Below are positions 31,851-46,150 of a stretch of DNA of 64,000 nucleotides, piece by piece. The notes below the pieces were generated by a model. It was not told where the DNA came from and ran no database searches. It saw only the letters and a program-made list of their open reading frames with translations. Position 1 is the first letter of the stretch; every line of letters begins with the position of its first letter. Source of the stretch: the human T2T-CHM13v2.0 reference genome, Homo sapiens; NCBI RefSeq assembly GCF_009914755.1, contig NC_060925.1. The stretch is one strand, 5' to 3'. A program made the translations under genes and the position numbers.

Positions 31851-32296
31851 AAATATTTTGAATCCAAGCCTGGCTGCATCCACAGATGTGAAAACCATGG
31901 ATTCAAAGGATTCACTGTATAGTCCAACAATTCAAGTTTCCGTGGACTTTATGTAAAAGCCTAGAAGCCTTCTCATGTATCTTCACCTTGGAAACAATAA
32001 AAAATACTTCCCAGGAGGCAAATGACATGGCCCATTTTTTAGAACAGAAGCAGCACATTTTATCTCCTGAGACAAACGCTCATAGGCACACCAACAATTA
32101 TCACCTTTGGTAACCCTCAAAGTATTTTAGCATGGGGCCTGTTTCTTTCCTTAGTGTGCCTTTAGCTTCTCTCCTCTCACAGTCACTGAATTCTACACTT
32201 AAAATGGGTGAGACTGACTCTTAAGAAAAAAAAGACAGTTGTATATTCTCACACTAGAAGCACAATAAATGTGCTAGAAGTACTAAGTACTCTGGT

Positions 32297-32578
<282 letters not shown>

Positions 32579-33599
32579 CTATGATCAGAAGTATGTCATA
32601 GGAACTTAACTCTTGTTTATATCCATTAGCCTGTGGTAAAATCGGTTTCGTTAGAAGTCATTTTGCTTGAAGTTTACAACAATCTATTGATGATGTTGAG
32701 TGAGGACTTACTCTACATGAGAAATAAAAAGAAGAAAATAATCCCATCACCTAGAAAGACAACCACTATTAAACCAATATACACAAAAAATATATAGATA
32801 GAGAAAATTTTATTTTTCAAGACCTCAGATGCCATTTTGGAATCTATTTTTACCACTTAATGTGATTATTTGCCCCATGTCACTAAATATCATTAAAAAT
32901 TAACATTAGCAAAAGATACCTCCCACAAATTGAGTACTTACCATTTGCCAAGCACGACATTAGCACTTTGCAGAAGTTATTTCATCCTCACAAACAGCCT
33001 GTGAGGAAGATATCGTCACACCCACTACACTGATATGCAAACTACCTATCAATATCTAATGATATTTTGGATCACAAACTAAATAATCATGACAGTATAT
33101 TTTTTTAATTATGAAGTCAAATTTATAAAAGTATTTTCAGGCAGAAACTAGTGATGTAGGAACTCTCTCTCCAAATCTAGAAGTATATATCTATGAAAAA
33201 AAATATTTGGGGGCATAAAAACTACGTTAAAATAAATGTAGAAACATGTTGAAGATCTTCGATGTGACTAAAAAGGAAAGCCTCATTTTTTACTATGATA
33301 TAGGAGTAGCAAAGGGTAATTAAAACAACCAGCAGCAGCACTGTGAGCTTTCACAGAAAGATACAAGTTCACAAAATCCCTTTCCTAATGACCAAGCTCC
33401 ATGGATTGGGGCTTTCGCATCTGTGACCATCTTTCTGAATGTCCTGGCATACCCCGTCTTTTGTATTTTCCTAAGAGGAAGAAATCCCTCTGTGAATGGA
33501 ACAATAACCTCAGTGCCATGTGTGTAAGACTATATATGCCTACTGCTTGGTTGAAGGCCACTGGGAATTACACACACCTGTTAGTGGGGAGCAACATGG

Positions 33600-33920
33600 T
33601 CCTCCAATCTGGTTACATTACGTAGAAGTAAATTATAGGTGACCCTTAATCTCTGTTTTGTGCGTCCCCACTTACCCTGCCGTTCGTAAGTACACGCACA
33701 TTCCAGACACATGAAGAGGAGCTTTTTATCCAAGACTTTGAAAGAACCGACTAGGAGTTTACAGGAAGATCTCTAATGAGTAATAGTGGTAGGTAAAATT
33801 CACGCTGAGCCAGTTCTTTCTTGGTCGTCATTTGTGTACGTTTCCTTACTAAAGTACCAAAATGTCTTTGTTTCAAGGTCATTTCACCTATGGAGTAAAT
33901 GCATAATTTGTAACTACGCT
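33600..33920 (-). promoter_or_regulatory. Candidate regulatory element / non-coding exon: CpG-retaining unique DNA with a strong minus-strand splice donor
   Basis: About 10 CpG in 320 bp of AT-rich non-repeat DNA; AGG|GTAAGT donor at 33676/33675; possible acceptor at 33751. Confidence 0.3.
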
Positions 33921-34194
33921 GCAAAATTTGTGGTTACACTGACTCCAAGTTATCTTATTTCATACTGAAAAGAACCCTGAAATGAAAGTACCACCATTCA
34001 CTATATTGAGGAGGCAAATTTAAAACCAGGAAGCTGATATTACCTGTTACTGCCAGGTCACTCCTTTTCGGATTATCACTGGAGCTTTCAAATCTTCAAG
34101 AGATCAGAAAGCATTCCAGTGGCTCAACAAAGGCACTGAAACAAGGACAAAAAATGCCTCACTGACATTTTAGGGGCTAATGCCTATATTTCTT

Positions 34195-34499
34195 TCTTTC
34201 TTTGTTTTTTCCCCCTTGAGATAGAGTCTCACTCTGTCATCCAGCCTGGAGTGCAGTGGCGCCATCTCAGCTCACCACAACCTCCACCTCCTGGGTTCAA
34301 ACGGTTCTCCTGCCTCTGCCTCCCAAGTAGCCGAGACCACAGGCACATGCCAGCATGTCCAGCTAATTTTTATGTTTTTAGTAGAGATGAGGTTTCACCA
34401 TGCTGGCCAGGCTGGTCTGCAACTCCTGGCCTCAAGTGATCCTCCCGCCTCGGGCCCCCAGGGTGCTGGGACTACAGGCGTGAACTTACGCGCCCCACC
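34195..34499 (-). mobile_element. AluJ/S
   Basis: Reverse-complement dimeric Alu. Confidence 0.93.
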
Positions 34500-34862
34500 T
34501 TCTTTCTCTTTACTATCTTTGATGTTCATGTATCTATTCATTCAGTCAACAAGCAGAAAATGCCTATCATGTGCAAGGCACTATGGAAGGCACTGAAGAA
34601 TCACACATAATAGAGACACACTCTCAAGGCTTTTATAACTTAGCTGAGGAACCCAATTTATTCACCACCATGAACTATATCATATAATAAGTGCTACAAT
34701 GTGTAAGCGCTGTGGGAGCACCATGGAGGTGTTACTTGAGTCATACCATGAAGTACCTTTTCTTCAGGGAAGGAAGGAATGATGTGATAATCCATTAGAG
34801 GTATGGCACAGGCACAAAAACAATAAACCCTTATGGAAAAGTCTTCACTAAAAGACTATTGA

Positions 34863-35157
34863 GGCCAGGCATGGTGGCTCACGCCTGTAATCCCAGCACT
34901 TTGGGAGGCCGAGGCAGGCTGAGGTCACGAGTTCAAGACCAGCCTGGCCAACCCAGTGAAACCCCGCCTCTACTAAAAATACAAAAATCAGCTGGGCGTG
35001 GTGACGCACACCTGTAATCCCAGCTACTCGGGAGGCTGAGGCAGGAAATTGCTTGAACCTGGGAGGCAGAGGTCGCAATGAGCCAAGATCCCACCACTGC
35101 ACTCCAGGCTGGGCTATAAGAGCGAAACCCCTTCTCAAAAAAAAATAAAATAATAAA
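34863..35157 (+). mobile_element. AluS
   Basis: TSD AAAAGACTA(T/C)TGA. Confidence 0.95.
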
Positions 35158-36399
35158 AAAAGACTACTGAAAAGAGAAAACAAAGTAAAAGTAGTTACAC
35201 AGAAAATAAGAAAATGAAAGAATCTAATGATAAAGAAATATACTGATGTGAAATTGGAGACCAGTTGGAGGTTAAGTTTAAAAATATATATATATTTTGA
35301 ACAGAGTATTGAAATAGGCCAGAGGTTTATGAATAAGTGAAGCAGACCCATTAACGCAAACACTGGTACTGCTTCCTCAAAGCTTTTGTGAAATGAAGGA
35401 AGGCAAAAAGGGAATGGATAGATGATCTCGGGAGCCAGACTCTGGTAAGAATCTGTGCCCTGGGAAGGACGGTTAGTTCTTCCACACTGTGCACTCCACC
35501 TCAAGGCATCTTATCTCCCTTCCAGAATTCTTGCCTAGCAACTTCCCTTACAGTGCACCAGGCTCCCAACTTCAGATTTTATGCTCTACTGTATTTAAAT
35601 TCTTCTTATTTAAATTTAAAAATGTATGGTAGCTCTTCCTATTTTGGATTTTGTATATTCCTTCCAGTTGTTTTTGTTTTGTTTTACTCTCTTATGTATT
35701 TGCATTAAGTAACATTTTGGTTCACATATATACATGACTAAGGAATTTTCCTCAACCTCCTCTTACCAATCAGTAACACTGGTTTCACCAAGGAGTAAGA
35801 TTCTAATGTGTTAAACCCTATTTAATATCTTTCAGTTTTATCCTCAAACTGTACATTTCTCCATCTGCAAGTACAGCGTTACATTCACCAACTTACCTAA
35901 TGGAATTTGATACATGGTTGGACATTACTATAAATTAGCTGAATCTCAATTTATTTAGGAAGCTCTACAATGTAACTCCTCAAAAGGCAACAGTCTCCTA
36001 TAGAATCAATATACATGTAACACCATTAAGAAGCAGCCTCTCAGAAAAGCGATTCAGCAATTGAGATTAATGTAATGAAAGTTATTCAGGTAGATAACAA
36101 TCTAATTTTAAAACACTTGAAAGAAATAAGTCCTAACTCCTTTCCCATACAAATAGAGATGCTAGCCAGTCTGGGGCAAGGGAGGGTTGGGCTGGTGTAG
36201 TGGCAGGGAAGATGGGCACAGGAACCTAACACCAATTTTTTCACTTGTACATTTCCTAAAAGAATTTTGAAAAACCTTGTGCTCTTCTGACATTTTAGGT
36301 TGACATGTTAATTTAATGATGGCATGGATATAGTTTCCAGTATGGTATATACGTATCTTAAATATTATTGTTGCAACCCTGCAGCTGTAGATTTCACTC

Positions 36400-36476
36400 T
36401 TTTACTTAATGAAATATGTCCACCAAACAATCTAATTGTTAAGCCTGTTCTGTCAAATCAATAAATCAAATAAAAC
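36400..36476 (+). repeat. Dispersed ~80-bp direct repeat, copy 1
   Basis: TTTTACTTAATGAAATATGTCCACCAAACAATCTAATTG...AATAAATCAAATAAAAC; also at 37781-37861. Confidence 0.93.
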
Positions 36477-36717
36477 TTACTTTCTGTCAAAAAATTCATA
36501 TTTCATTTCAAATAAAAGTGCTAATCTGCCTTCCCTATAAACCCTCCCTCACCACCCATCACCACCACAGACAGACAACAATCAACTTGATTCTAAAAGA
36601 AAGAAATAAGGTATGGAGTCCTGCCATGGGTTTGTTACCTGGAGGAAACATCTATGATTTTGACCAAAGCAGTCATCACTTTGCTATCTTCAAATTCACA
36701 CCCAGAACCTAAGAATT

Positions 36718-37012
36718 TTTTTTTTTTTTTTTGGAGACAGAGTCTCGTTCTGTCACCCAGGCTAGAGTGCAGGTGCTTGATCTCCGCTCACTGAAACCTC
36801 CGCCTCCCAGGTTCAAGCAATTTTCTGCCTCAGCCTCCCAAGTAGTTGGGATTACAGGCATGTGCCACCACGCCTGGCTAATTTTTGTATTTTTGGTAGA
36901 GACGGGGTTTCACCATGTTGGCCAGACTGGTCTCAAACTCCTGACCTTGTGATCCACCCGCCTCGGCCTCCCAAAGTGCTGGGATTACAGGCATGAGCCA
37001 TCGCGCCCAGCC
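36718..37012 (-). mobile_element. AluSg/Sc-like
   Basis: TSD CCAGAACCTAAGAATT. Confidence 0.95.
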
Positions 37013-37479
37013 CCAGAACCTAAGAATTCTTAAATGGTCCCTTTAGTGGGTGAACCAGAGGATTTACACTCCCTGAAGCAATCAAATATTGTAAGATTTG
37101 TGCTGGGTCAGAAGCATGACTGACTGCCTTTGTCAAGTGGGAGGAAAGCAATTTGTGAATGGAGAGGTAGGAAGGAAGACTCACTCTGCCACAGGTGCTC
37201 TCAGGCAACCATATTAGAAATTATCAAATGCAGACATTGAGCATCTAAATACCATTAAAACTATTTTTGCATGCAAAATTCCTGAAAAGTCTCCATGAAT
37301 CCCGAAGTGTATATATACACCCACTTTAAAGACAACTAATCTAAAAAACAGCTCCAGAGTGCTTAACTCAACATTGGAAGCCAGGCACACAAAACGCAAA
37401 AGCTGTCAGTCAGAATGTTCTAAGAATAGAAGCAGAATAAAGATAACAAGGCAATGTGGTAAAAGCTTTAGGATACGCA

Positions 37480-37760
37480 AATTTGACATAGGGGTGCAGA
37501 GCTTGGATTCTGGAATCAGAAAGTCTGGGGTTTGGATTCCACCTGTACTACTTACTAGCCATGTGACTTTAAATAAATTTCTTTATCTCCTTGGGGCTTT
37601 GTTCCCTCCTCTTTAAGACAGGAGCACTATTGATGTTGATGATGGCAGTGATGATGTTTTAAGTATCTGTACTTCACTGAATTGTTGTGAGGATTAAATG
37701 AAATAACACAAGGCACTTAGCACAAAACGTAGCATGTAGTAAACATTCAATAAATGCTAA
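37480..37760 (+). mobile_element. MIR
   Basis: CTTACTAGCCATGTGACTTT...TTGTTGTGAGGATTAAATGAAATAA...GCACTTAGCACA...TCAATAAATG. Confidence 0.8.
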
Positions 37761-37780
37761 CACAACATTAGGAGGGAGAG

Positions 37781-37861
37781 TTTTACTTAATAAAATATGT
37801 CCACCAAACAATCTAATTGCTAAGCCTGTCCTTACTGTCAAATTAATAAATCAAATAAAAC
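37781..37861 (+). repeat. Dispersed ~80-bp direct repeat, copy 2
   Basis: Differs from 36400-36476 by four substitutions and one 4-nt indel. Confidence 0.93.
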
Positions 37862-39336
37862 CCTCTCCTGAGTGTAAATCACTGCCCATTTCTGCCAGCA
37901 GTTTAGACTATGAGTGAAAAGAAGGTTTTTAGGAACACCAAGCCAACTCAGGCAAAATGGAGACATATTTTCAACTACAGGCCTGTCCTATGTCCCTAAA
38001 ATTGCCTTCCATGAATGTAACCCCAATCAGAGTATAGTTTAAGGTAGAACATAAGAATTTGTCCTTCTTACTATTGACCCAAGGGATAAACAGCACTAAT
38101 AAAATTCTGCTTTTTTATAGATACTCTCAAATCTGTATCTGAATTTCTAAATGCATTTAAGATGCCCGGGGTCTAAAAACATACAACACAGTTAACAACA
38201 AAGAAAACGAACTTAGGAGGGCTGAGTTAGAAAACCCCTACAGCTGTTAAGACAGTCTTTTGCAAACCAAGAGATTAGGAATTTAATTTGTACAAGTATG
38301 GAGGGGACTTCCAGCCACTTGTCTGAGAGAGCTTAGTACAGATAAGAAATTAATGTGCCTGAATGACTTAGACTTAATTCTTATAAACACTCTCACTTCT
38401 GAAATGGGACCGGAGCTTTGCCTTTGAGTGGACATCCAAAAAGGAAAAAAAAAACAAAAAAAAAACCTGGGAATAAGAGAATTAACTTAAAAACTCATAA
38501 AAAGCAAGGCATTACTGTACATCTGATAAGACTGAAAACCATATGAATGCATAACTAATGAATTTCCCACACACCAAGTTCATGCAAAATCACACAGTTA
38601 ATTCCATTTCATACTTTTAAACCTTCACTAGAATTGGTTGTTCTTTTAATCTTTACTTTCCCATCTACTAAGGTAAGTCAGAAGACCCTGGATGTAAACA
38701 TATCAATTGCCTCTAAAATAAAGACCAAGTATTGAAATAGTGAAGAGGATACTGCATTGTCTCCTAGTGCTTTTGAGGAAGCAGAGCCCAAAATCATGGC
38801 TCATTTTACTACTGGCCAAACTGTGAAGCAGAATATATCACTACATGTAGCAAATAACAAGTAAGCAGAGAATCAAAGACATCACAATGATATATCCATA
38901 AAAAAAGTATTATCATATTTGTCCTAAAGACAACTCTAGAAATAATTCTATTTATCTAGTAAGAAAAGGCATGACCATTTACTATATATAAAAACATAAT
39001 CTTTCAAAGAATGTCAAAAATGAAACCACTATATTATCCAATAAATTCTGTGACCGGGGAGAGAAAACCTACTAATCTCTAATAAATGGAACCTCCACAT
39101 CAGAGATATTAGAGGTGCTGTTTTTCTAAACCCATTTAATGTAGCTCTTTGAGCTTGCAACAGGATCTCCATGACAGGTTTCATTTCTAAAATTCAATTA
39201 AAACTTATCTACGATTTAAATAGGTACCATATGGGGATGAATTTTAGGAACCTATGTAACTTGAGGCATCTGATGACACTGTTAAAAGGAGTTGTCTATT
39301 ACTGCAGGAACACGGTAATTTAGAAATGGCATCCTA

Positions 39337-39687
<351 letters not shown>

Positions 39688-40613
39688 TTAAACTATATAG
39701 CTTTCAAGTAGCAATCTCAAATCCTATAAATGAAGACTGCATTAAAATGTTAAATGTATTGTTATAACATTTCCTTCGGAAACCAGATTTAATTATAGGA
39801 TCATCTATAATGTCTTGCCTTTATCAGAGGAATTGGGGAGGTAATTAAGTAAGTAGAGTGTATCACTTTACATTTCTGGTCCCAATAACTTTCGGAACAC
39901 TGTGTAACAAAATGTGCTATGAGAAAAGAGTACTTGTAAAATTATTACCGTAATACAAATAATCAACTTCTTCAAGACAGAAAAATTCTTGGCTATAAAA
40001 TTCAGAGGAAAATTCCAAACTTATGACAAGATGAAAATACTGAAATATATTTGACATTTGAAAACAAAATTTCCAGAAGTTTCTCTCACAAATACACGAG
40101 ACAGAAACTGACTGATTCAGAGGCCACGCACCTGAAGTTGTCTCACCAGTCTTAAAAGATTATCTCAATACAAGAAATGATTGTCTTTCCAATATTTCTT
40201 TTTCAGTCTTATAGTCTACAGAAGTATCCACATAAGGAGAGCTAGCAGGACACACACACCATAAATCACAGTAGGCAGGTCAGCTCTATGCTTAGTCAGT
40301 TCTTCATTCTACACCTTCTCCCAGTTAGAAGCAGCCCCATCTCCTCTGGGGAATTAATTGCCATGTAATCATCACTTGGATTACTGAGCTCTACTGTTTC
40401 ACTTCCAGCTTTTTAAGAGAATTGCTTTCCTCCCACTTTTTTCAAATAGAAGAGGTGAGGAGATCAAAATACAACAAGCACTAATATACCCTTCCCCAGA
40501 TTCAACATTTGTTAACAACTTTCCACGTCTGCTTCCTCTCTACATATGTGTATCTGTACGTTCTTTTGCTCATCCATTTGAAAATAAGTTGCATACATTT
40601 TAACTCATCCCTA

Positions 40614-40829
<216 letters not shown>

Positions 40830-41055
40830 TTACATGATCACAATACATGATGCTGAAGCCACTATTCTGGAGACCACGCTTTGAGAACCAACGCACAGAG
40901 ACTAAGATAAAACTGCTGTTCAATAAATGCTCTTCTCCTCATCCTCTACTCTTCCCTTTCCAAAAGTCAACTGTCATTATCCTATGAAAACAGAACTTTG
41001 AATATGTTATACAATCAATTTGTTGGCAGGGAATACCCATCCCCAACATATCTAC

Positions 41056-41981
<926 letters not shown>

Positions 41982-42094
41982 AACCAGAATAAAATCAATT
42001 AGTTATTTTTGTGATGTTTTTGCTCTTTAACTTAGAATTCCTTCTTCTGAGACAGTGTGATATGGGGCAGGAGGGACCTGCTTTGGAGCCAGGA

Positions 42095-42232
42095 AGACCT
42101 GGGTTTGGAAATCTGACTTCTCCAGCGATTACCTTATGCAAGTTCTATAATCTCTTTGAACGTGAGACCTGTGTTTGGAAATCTGACTTCTCCAGCGATT
42201 ACCTGATGCAAGTTCTAGAATCTCTTTGAACG
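42095..42232. repeat. 70-bp tandem duplication inside a MIR
   Basis: AGACCTG(G/T)GTTTGGAAATCTGACTTCTCCAGCGATTACCT...CTCTTTGAACG x2; 3 mismatches. Confidence 0.95.
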
Positions 42233-42596
42233 CCCATTTCCTCACTGATGTTCTCCATGAAGGGAACAATAAGCACCCACTGCTTAGGGCTGCCCTAAGA
42301 AGAGAAAATAAACACAAAAGGACACCGTGCCTGACACAGAGGAAGTGTCAATGAAGTCAGGTGCTCTGACTGGGCTATGTTCTTCAGCTTTGAAACCTTT
42401 AATCCTGTGAGTATGAACCTGTTGACGTTAGGTGTGGAAAGGTTTTTTTTGTTTGTTTTTAAGTAATGTTATTGGGAGTATAGAGCCAAGTCCCTCACTT
42501 TAGAAACTAAAAGATGAGTGTTGCAGCTTCGGCATACCGTTTTGACTACTGTGACAGAAAATGACCCAAACTAGTTCATGTAAAATCTCATCAACA

Positions 42597-42890
42597 GGCC
42601 GGGCATGGTGGCTCACACCTATTATCCCAGCACTTTGGGAGGCCGAGGTGGGCAGATCACCTGAGGTCGGGAGTTCGAGACCAGCCTGACCAACATGGAG
42701 CAACCCCATCTCTGCTAAAAATACAAAATTAGCCGGGCGTGGCAGCACATGCCTGTAATCCCAGCTACTCAGGAGGCTGAGGCAGGAGAATGGCTTGAAC
42801 GCCTCCGGGAGGCGGAGGTTGAGGTGAGCCGACATCGCACCATTGCACTCCAGCCTGGGCAACAAAAGCGAAACTCTATCTCAAAAAAAA
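42597..42890 (+). mobile_element. AluSp
   Basis: AGGTCGGGAG, CCTGACCAACATGGAG and AAGCGAAACTC diagnostics; TSD ending CTCATCAACA. Confidence 0.93.
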
Positions 42891-43534
42891 AAAACTCATC
42901 AACAGAACTATAGGGACATCCCAGACTCCCAAAGACTGAGTTTCAACTGATAAATAACTCAATAAATCAGGCTGCTCTCTCAGGAAATGCTTGATTTGAT
43001 CACCTCCGTTGTTCTTCTCTCAACCTGCTTCTTTTGCTTACTCAGCTGCACACGGCCCTGAAAAATGCCCACCCCAAGATGGCAGTGATCTATAATTTCA
43101 TAAAGATTTGGGTTACACAGGTGTATGCATTTGTCGGAATTCATCGAATGGTATACTTAAGACATAGGCATTCCACTGCACTTAATGGATCTAGTCTCAT
43201 TTCTGTCTCCCTCACTAAACTGTGACATCTCAAGGACAAAAAGGAATCATATTCGACACTGAATCCTCCACGCTGGCACAATGCCTAGCATGTAACTGAA
43301 TCTCAGTAAATGCGTGATTATTAAACAAAGGAAGCAAACTGAAGAATTTGAGAAAGTCTACTTATTGGGATTTATTCTGAAAGATGTACTACAAGTTCAC
43401 ATTTTAATTAATGATTACATTCCAGTGAATTAATATAAACGTATTTAAATTTTAATCATTATGAAGTGAACTATATTTATAAGCAAACAATTAGTGACTT
43501 AATTAAGGTGCCAACTGTTCAGTGTACACGACTC

Positions 43535-43562
43535 TACCACCACCTAGTGTAAATAAATGCAT
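43535..43562 (-). promoter_or_regulatory. Candidate CTCF site
   Basis: Minus strand TGCATTTATTTACACTAGGTGGTGGTA resembles the CTCF core CCACYAGRKGGCR with an upstream TGCA element; motif match only. Confidence 0.3.
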
Positions 43563-43859
43563 ATTACCACATTTGGAAATTCCCTAAAGACAAAGAATCT
43601 CCCAATGGTGGGTCACAAACTAACATACTTCAACCACAAACATTCAGCAGGTGCCTGCCGGTCCTGGAAATTATGCCAGGCTCCAGAAGGACAGACACAG
43701 CTCTTGTCTGTGTTGATCACTGCTGTCTCCTCAGGGTTTAGGAGAATGGCAAAGCACTTTGCTGGCCTTCAATAAATATCTGTTAGCTGACTGACAAGAT
43801 TCTGGGATTAAAAGGTGACTAAGTTATCTTCGGGAAAGACATTCAGCCATTCAAAACCA

Positions 43860-44395
43860 ACAGCATTTTATAAACAATGAAATATTATTCTGCACTAAAA
43901 ATAAATGAGCTATCAAGCTCTGAAAAGACACGGAGGAAACTTAAGTGAATATTACTAAGCGAAAGAAGCCAATGTGAAAAGGCTACACACTATACGATTC
44001 CAACTGTATGACATTTAGGAAAAGGCAAAACTATAGAGACAGTAAAAGGATCAGTGATGACCAGGAGCTGGGGAGGGAAGGGATGAATATGTAGGGCACA
44101 GGGGATTCAGGGGGCAGGGAAATTACTCTATGATATGATGATGGTGGATACATGTCATTACACATATGTCAAAACCCATAGGATTTACAACACCAAGGGT
44201 GAACGCTAATGTAAACTATTCACTTTGGGTGATAATGTCATGAGTAGAAGGTGATCGGTTGCAACAAACGTGCCATTCTGGCGGGGGGTGTCCATTGTAG
44301 GGGAGGCTGTGCATGTGTAGAGGAAGAGGGTCTATGCGAACTCTCTGTGCTACGCACTCAATTTTGCTATGTAGTTAAAACTACTCTAAAAAGTA
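43860..44395 (+). mobile_element. L1MC1/2-like 3' end
   Basis: ATGAGCTATCAAGC...GAAAAGAC...GAAAGAAGCCAA...GTCAAAACCCATAG...GCACTCAATTTTGCT. Confidence 0.85.
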
Positions 44396-44699
44396 GTTTT
44401 TTTTAGTCAATAAAATTTTTTTACTTTAACTTTAGATATCAAATAAGCAAAACCCAAATCTAACAAGTACATCAAAAATATACTGTTTTTTTAAATGCCT
44501 ACATAAATGCTCAATAAATGTTATTTCCTCACCTCCGTAGCACAACCGCAACTGCTTACCCCAAGTAGCTGACATGAAGTGGCTGTAAAGAAGCCACTGT
44601 TTCTTCATCTGTGAAATTAAGACAGCAGGACTAAATCTCTCACTTCCTATTCTAATTTAACATTCTTTTAAATTTTAAAAGAATAGATCACTAAACCTA

Positions 44700-46150
44700 A
44701 ACTTTTCTAAAATATAGAAAAAGGAAGGAAACTGTCAAATACTTACAGCATCACACAGTGACACCAAAACCTGACAACGAACACATTAAAAATTACTGTC
44801 AAATCTCACTTGCGGGCCAGGGGCGGTGGCTCACACCTGTAATTCTAGCACTTTGGGAGGCCAAGATGGGTGGATGACTTGAGGCTAGGAGTTCGAGACC
44901 AGCTTGGCCAACATGGCAGAACCTTGTCTCTCCTAAAAATACAAAAATTATGGGTGGTGTTGTGCACCTGTACTACCAGCTACTGGGGAGGCTGAGGCAC
45001 GAGAATCGTTTGAACTCGTTTGGGAGGTGGAAGTTGCAGTGGACAGAGTTCGCACCTCCAGCCTGGGCCACAAACCAAGACTCCGTTTCAAAAAAGAAAC
45101 GGAAAAAAAAGACTCATTTATAAATATTGGTGCAAAAACTTTAAAAGTAATAGCAATGAGAACTCATAAATGCACTAAATGAAGGATAGGCTATAGGCAC
45201 AACTGTTTACTCCAGTGATTCCAGGAGAGTTCACTATTAGGAACTCTACTCATACAAGCAACCATATAAGTAGGTCAAAAAAGAAAAGTTATATGACCAT
45301 CTAAGTAGATGCCAAATAGACATGATGAAATTTTTAAACCGTTCCTGATTTTAACGCTTAGCAAAATAGCAATAGATGACTATTTCCTTAACATAATGGA
45401 AAAATACATTTCATATCAGTCTATAACTTTCTAATGTTTTACTGGAAACATTACTGAAACACTAAAACAATGACACACACAAGCATTTCTGTTGAAGTCT
45501 GGGAGGAATAAAGAAAGCCCACCATTGGGCTTCTAGATTAATATTCATCTAGAAGTACCATACTAGCCAATGCAAGGGAAAAAAAATCTTATGTGAGTTT
45601 TATTTATTTACCACACATTTTTACAGTGCTTACTATATGTCAGATACTGTTCTGAACACTTTACAAATACTAAATCATTTAATTCATATAATCGTCATAA
45701 TAATAAGGCAGTACTATTATTATCTCATTTTACAGAGGGAGAGAGCGAGGCACAGAGAACATAAGTAGCTTGCGCAAAGTCACATAGCTAGCAAGTTAGT
45801 AGAAACAGGCTTAACACACAAGCAGTCATAGTTCCAGAGCCGGTGCTTCTCACCACTATGCTATATGAAACACGATATCGGACTGAAGGAGGCGGAAGTA
45901 TCCATATATGCAGATGATATGACACATTTGCAAAATTCAAGGGAGAAAAAAGTTGAAACATTGTTATAAGTGAGAATTTAGTACAGTGGTGGATTACAAA
46001 ATCACATAAAACTACGATGCTTCTATATGTAAACAATAAAAACTTAGAAAATATACTATAAAAAGATGCTATTTACACTACTGACAAAAAAGGTAAAATA
46101 ACTAGAAATAAAAATAAGTAGATAGTTCCTATTTGAATAAAAAATTACAA
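44700..46150 (+). mobile_element. Ancient L1M ORF2 remnant carrying an Alu (44815-45110) and a MIR (45595-45865)
   Basis: CCAAAACCTGACA, GTAGATGCC, CTAGCCAATGCAA and TATGCAGATGATATG (YADD) remnants. Confidence 0.6.
44815..45110 (+). mobile_element. AluS/J, diverged
   Basis: Dimeric Alu. Confidence 0.92.

Larger units (their letters stand above)
31070..31918 (+). mobile_element. MER2 (Tigger MITE) interrupted by MER1B and a FLAM
   Basis: GGATACCAAAATCCATGGATGCTCAAGTCCCT...ATGCTATGTAAATAGTTGTTA...ATCCACAGATGTGAAAACCATGGAT...ACTGTA. Confidence 0.88.

Noticed and set aside
34848-35504. 218-aa minus-strand ORF and the many similar 60-130 aa ORFs
   Set aside because: They run through antisense Alu and poly(T) sequence ([15 protein letters not shown]..., [10 protein letters not shown]); typical Alu-derived spurious ORFs.
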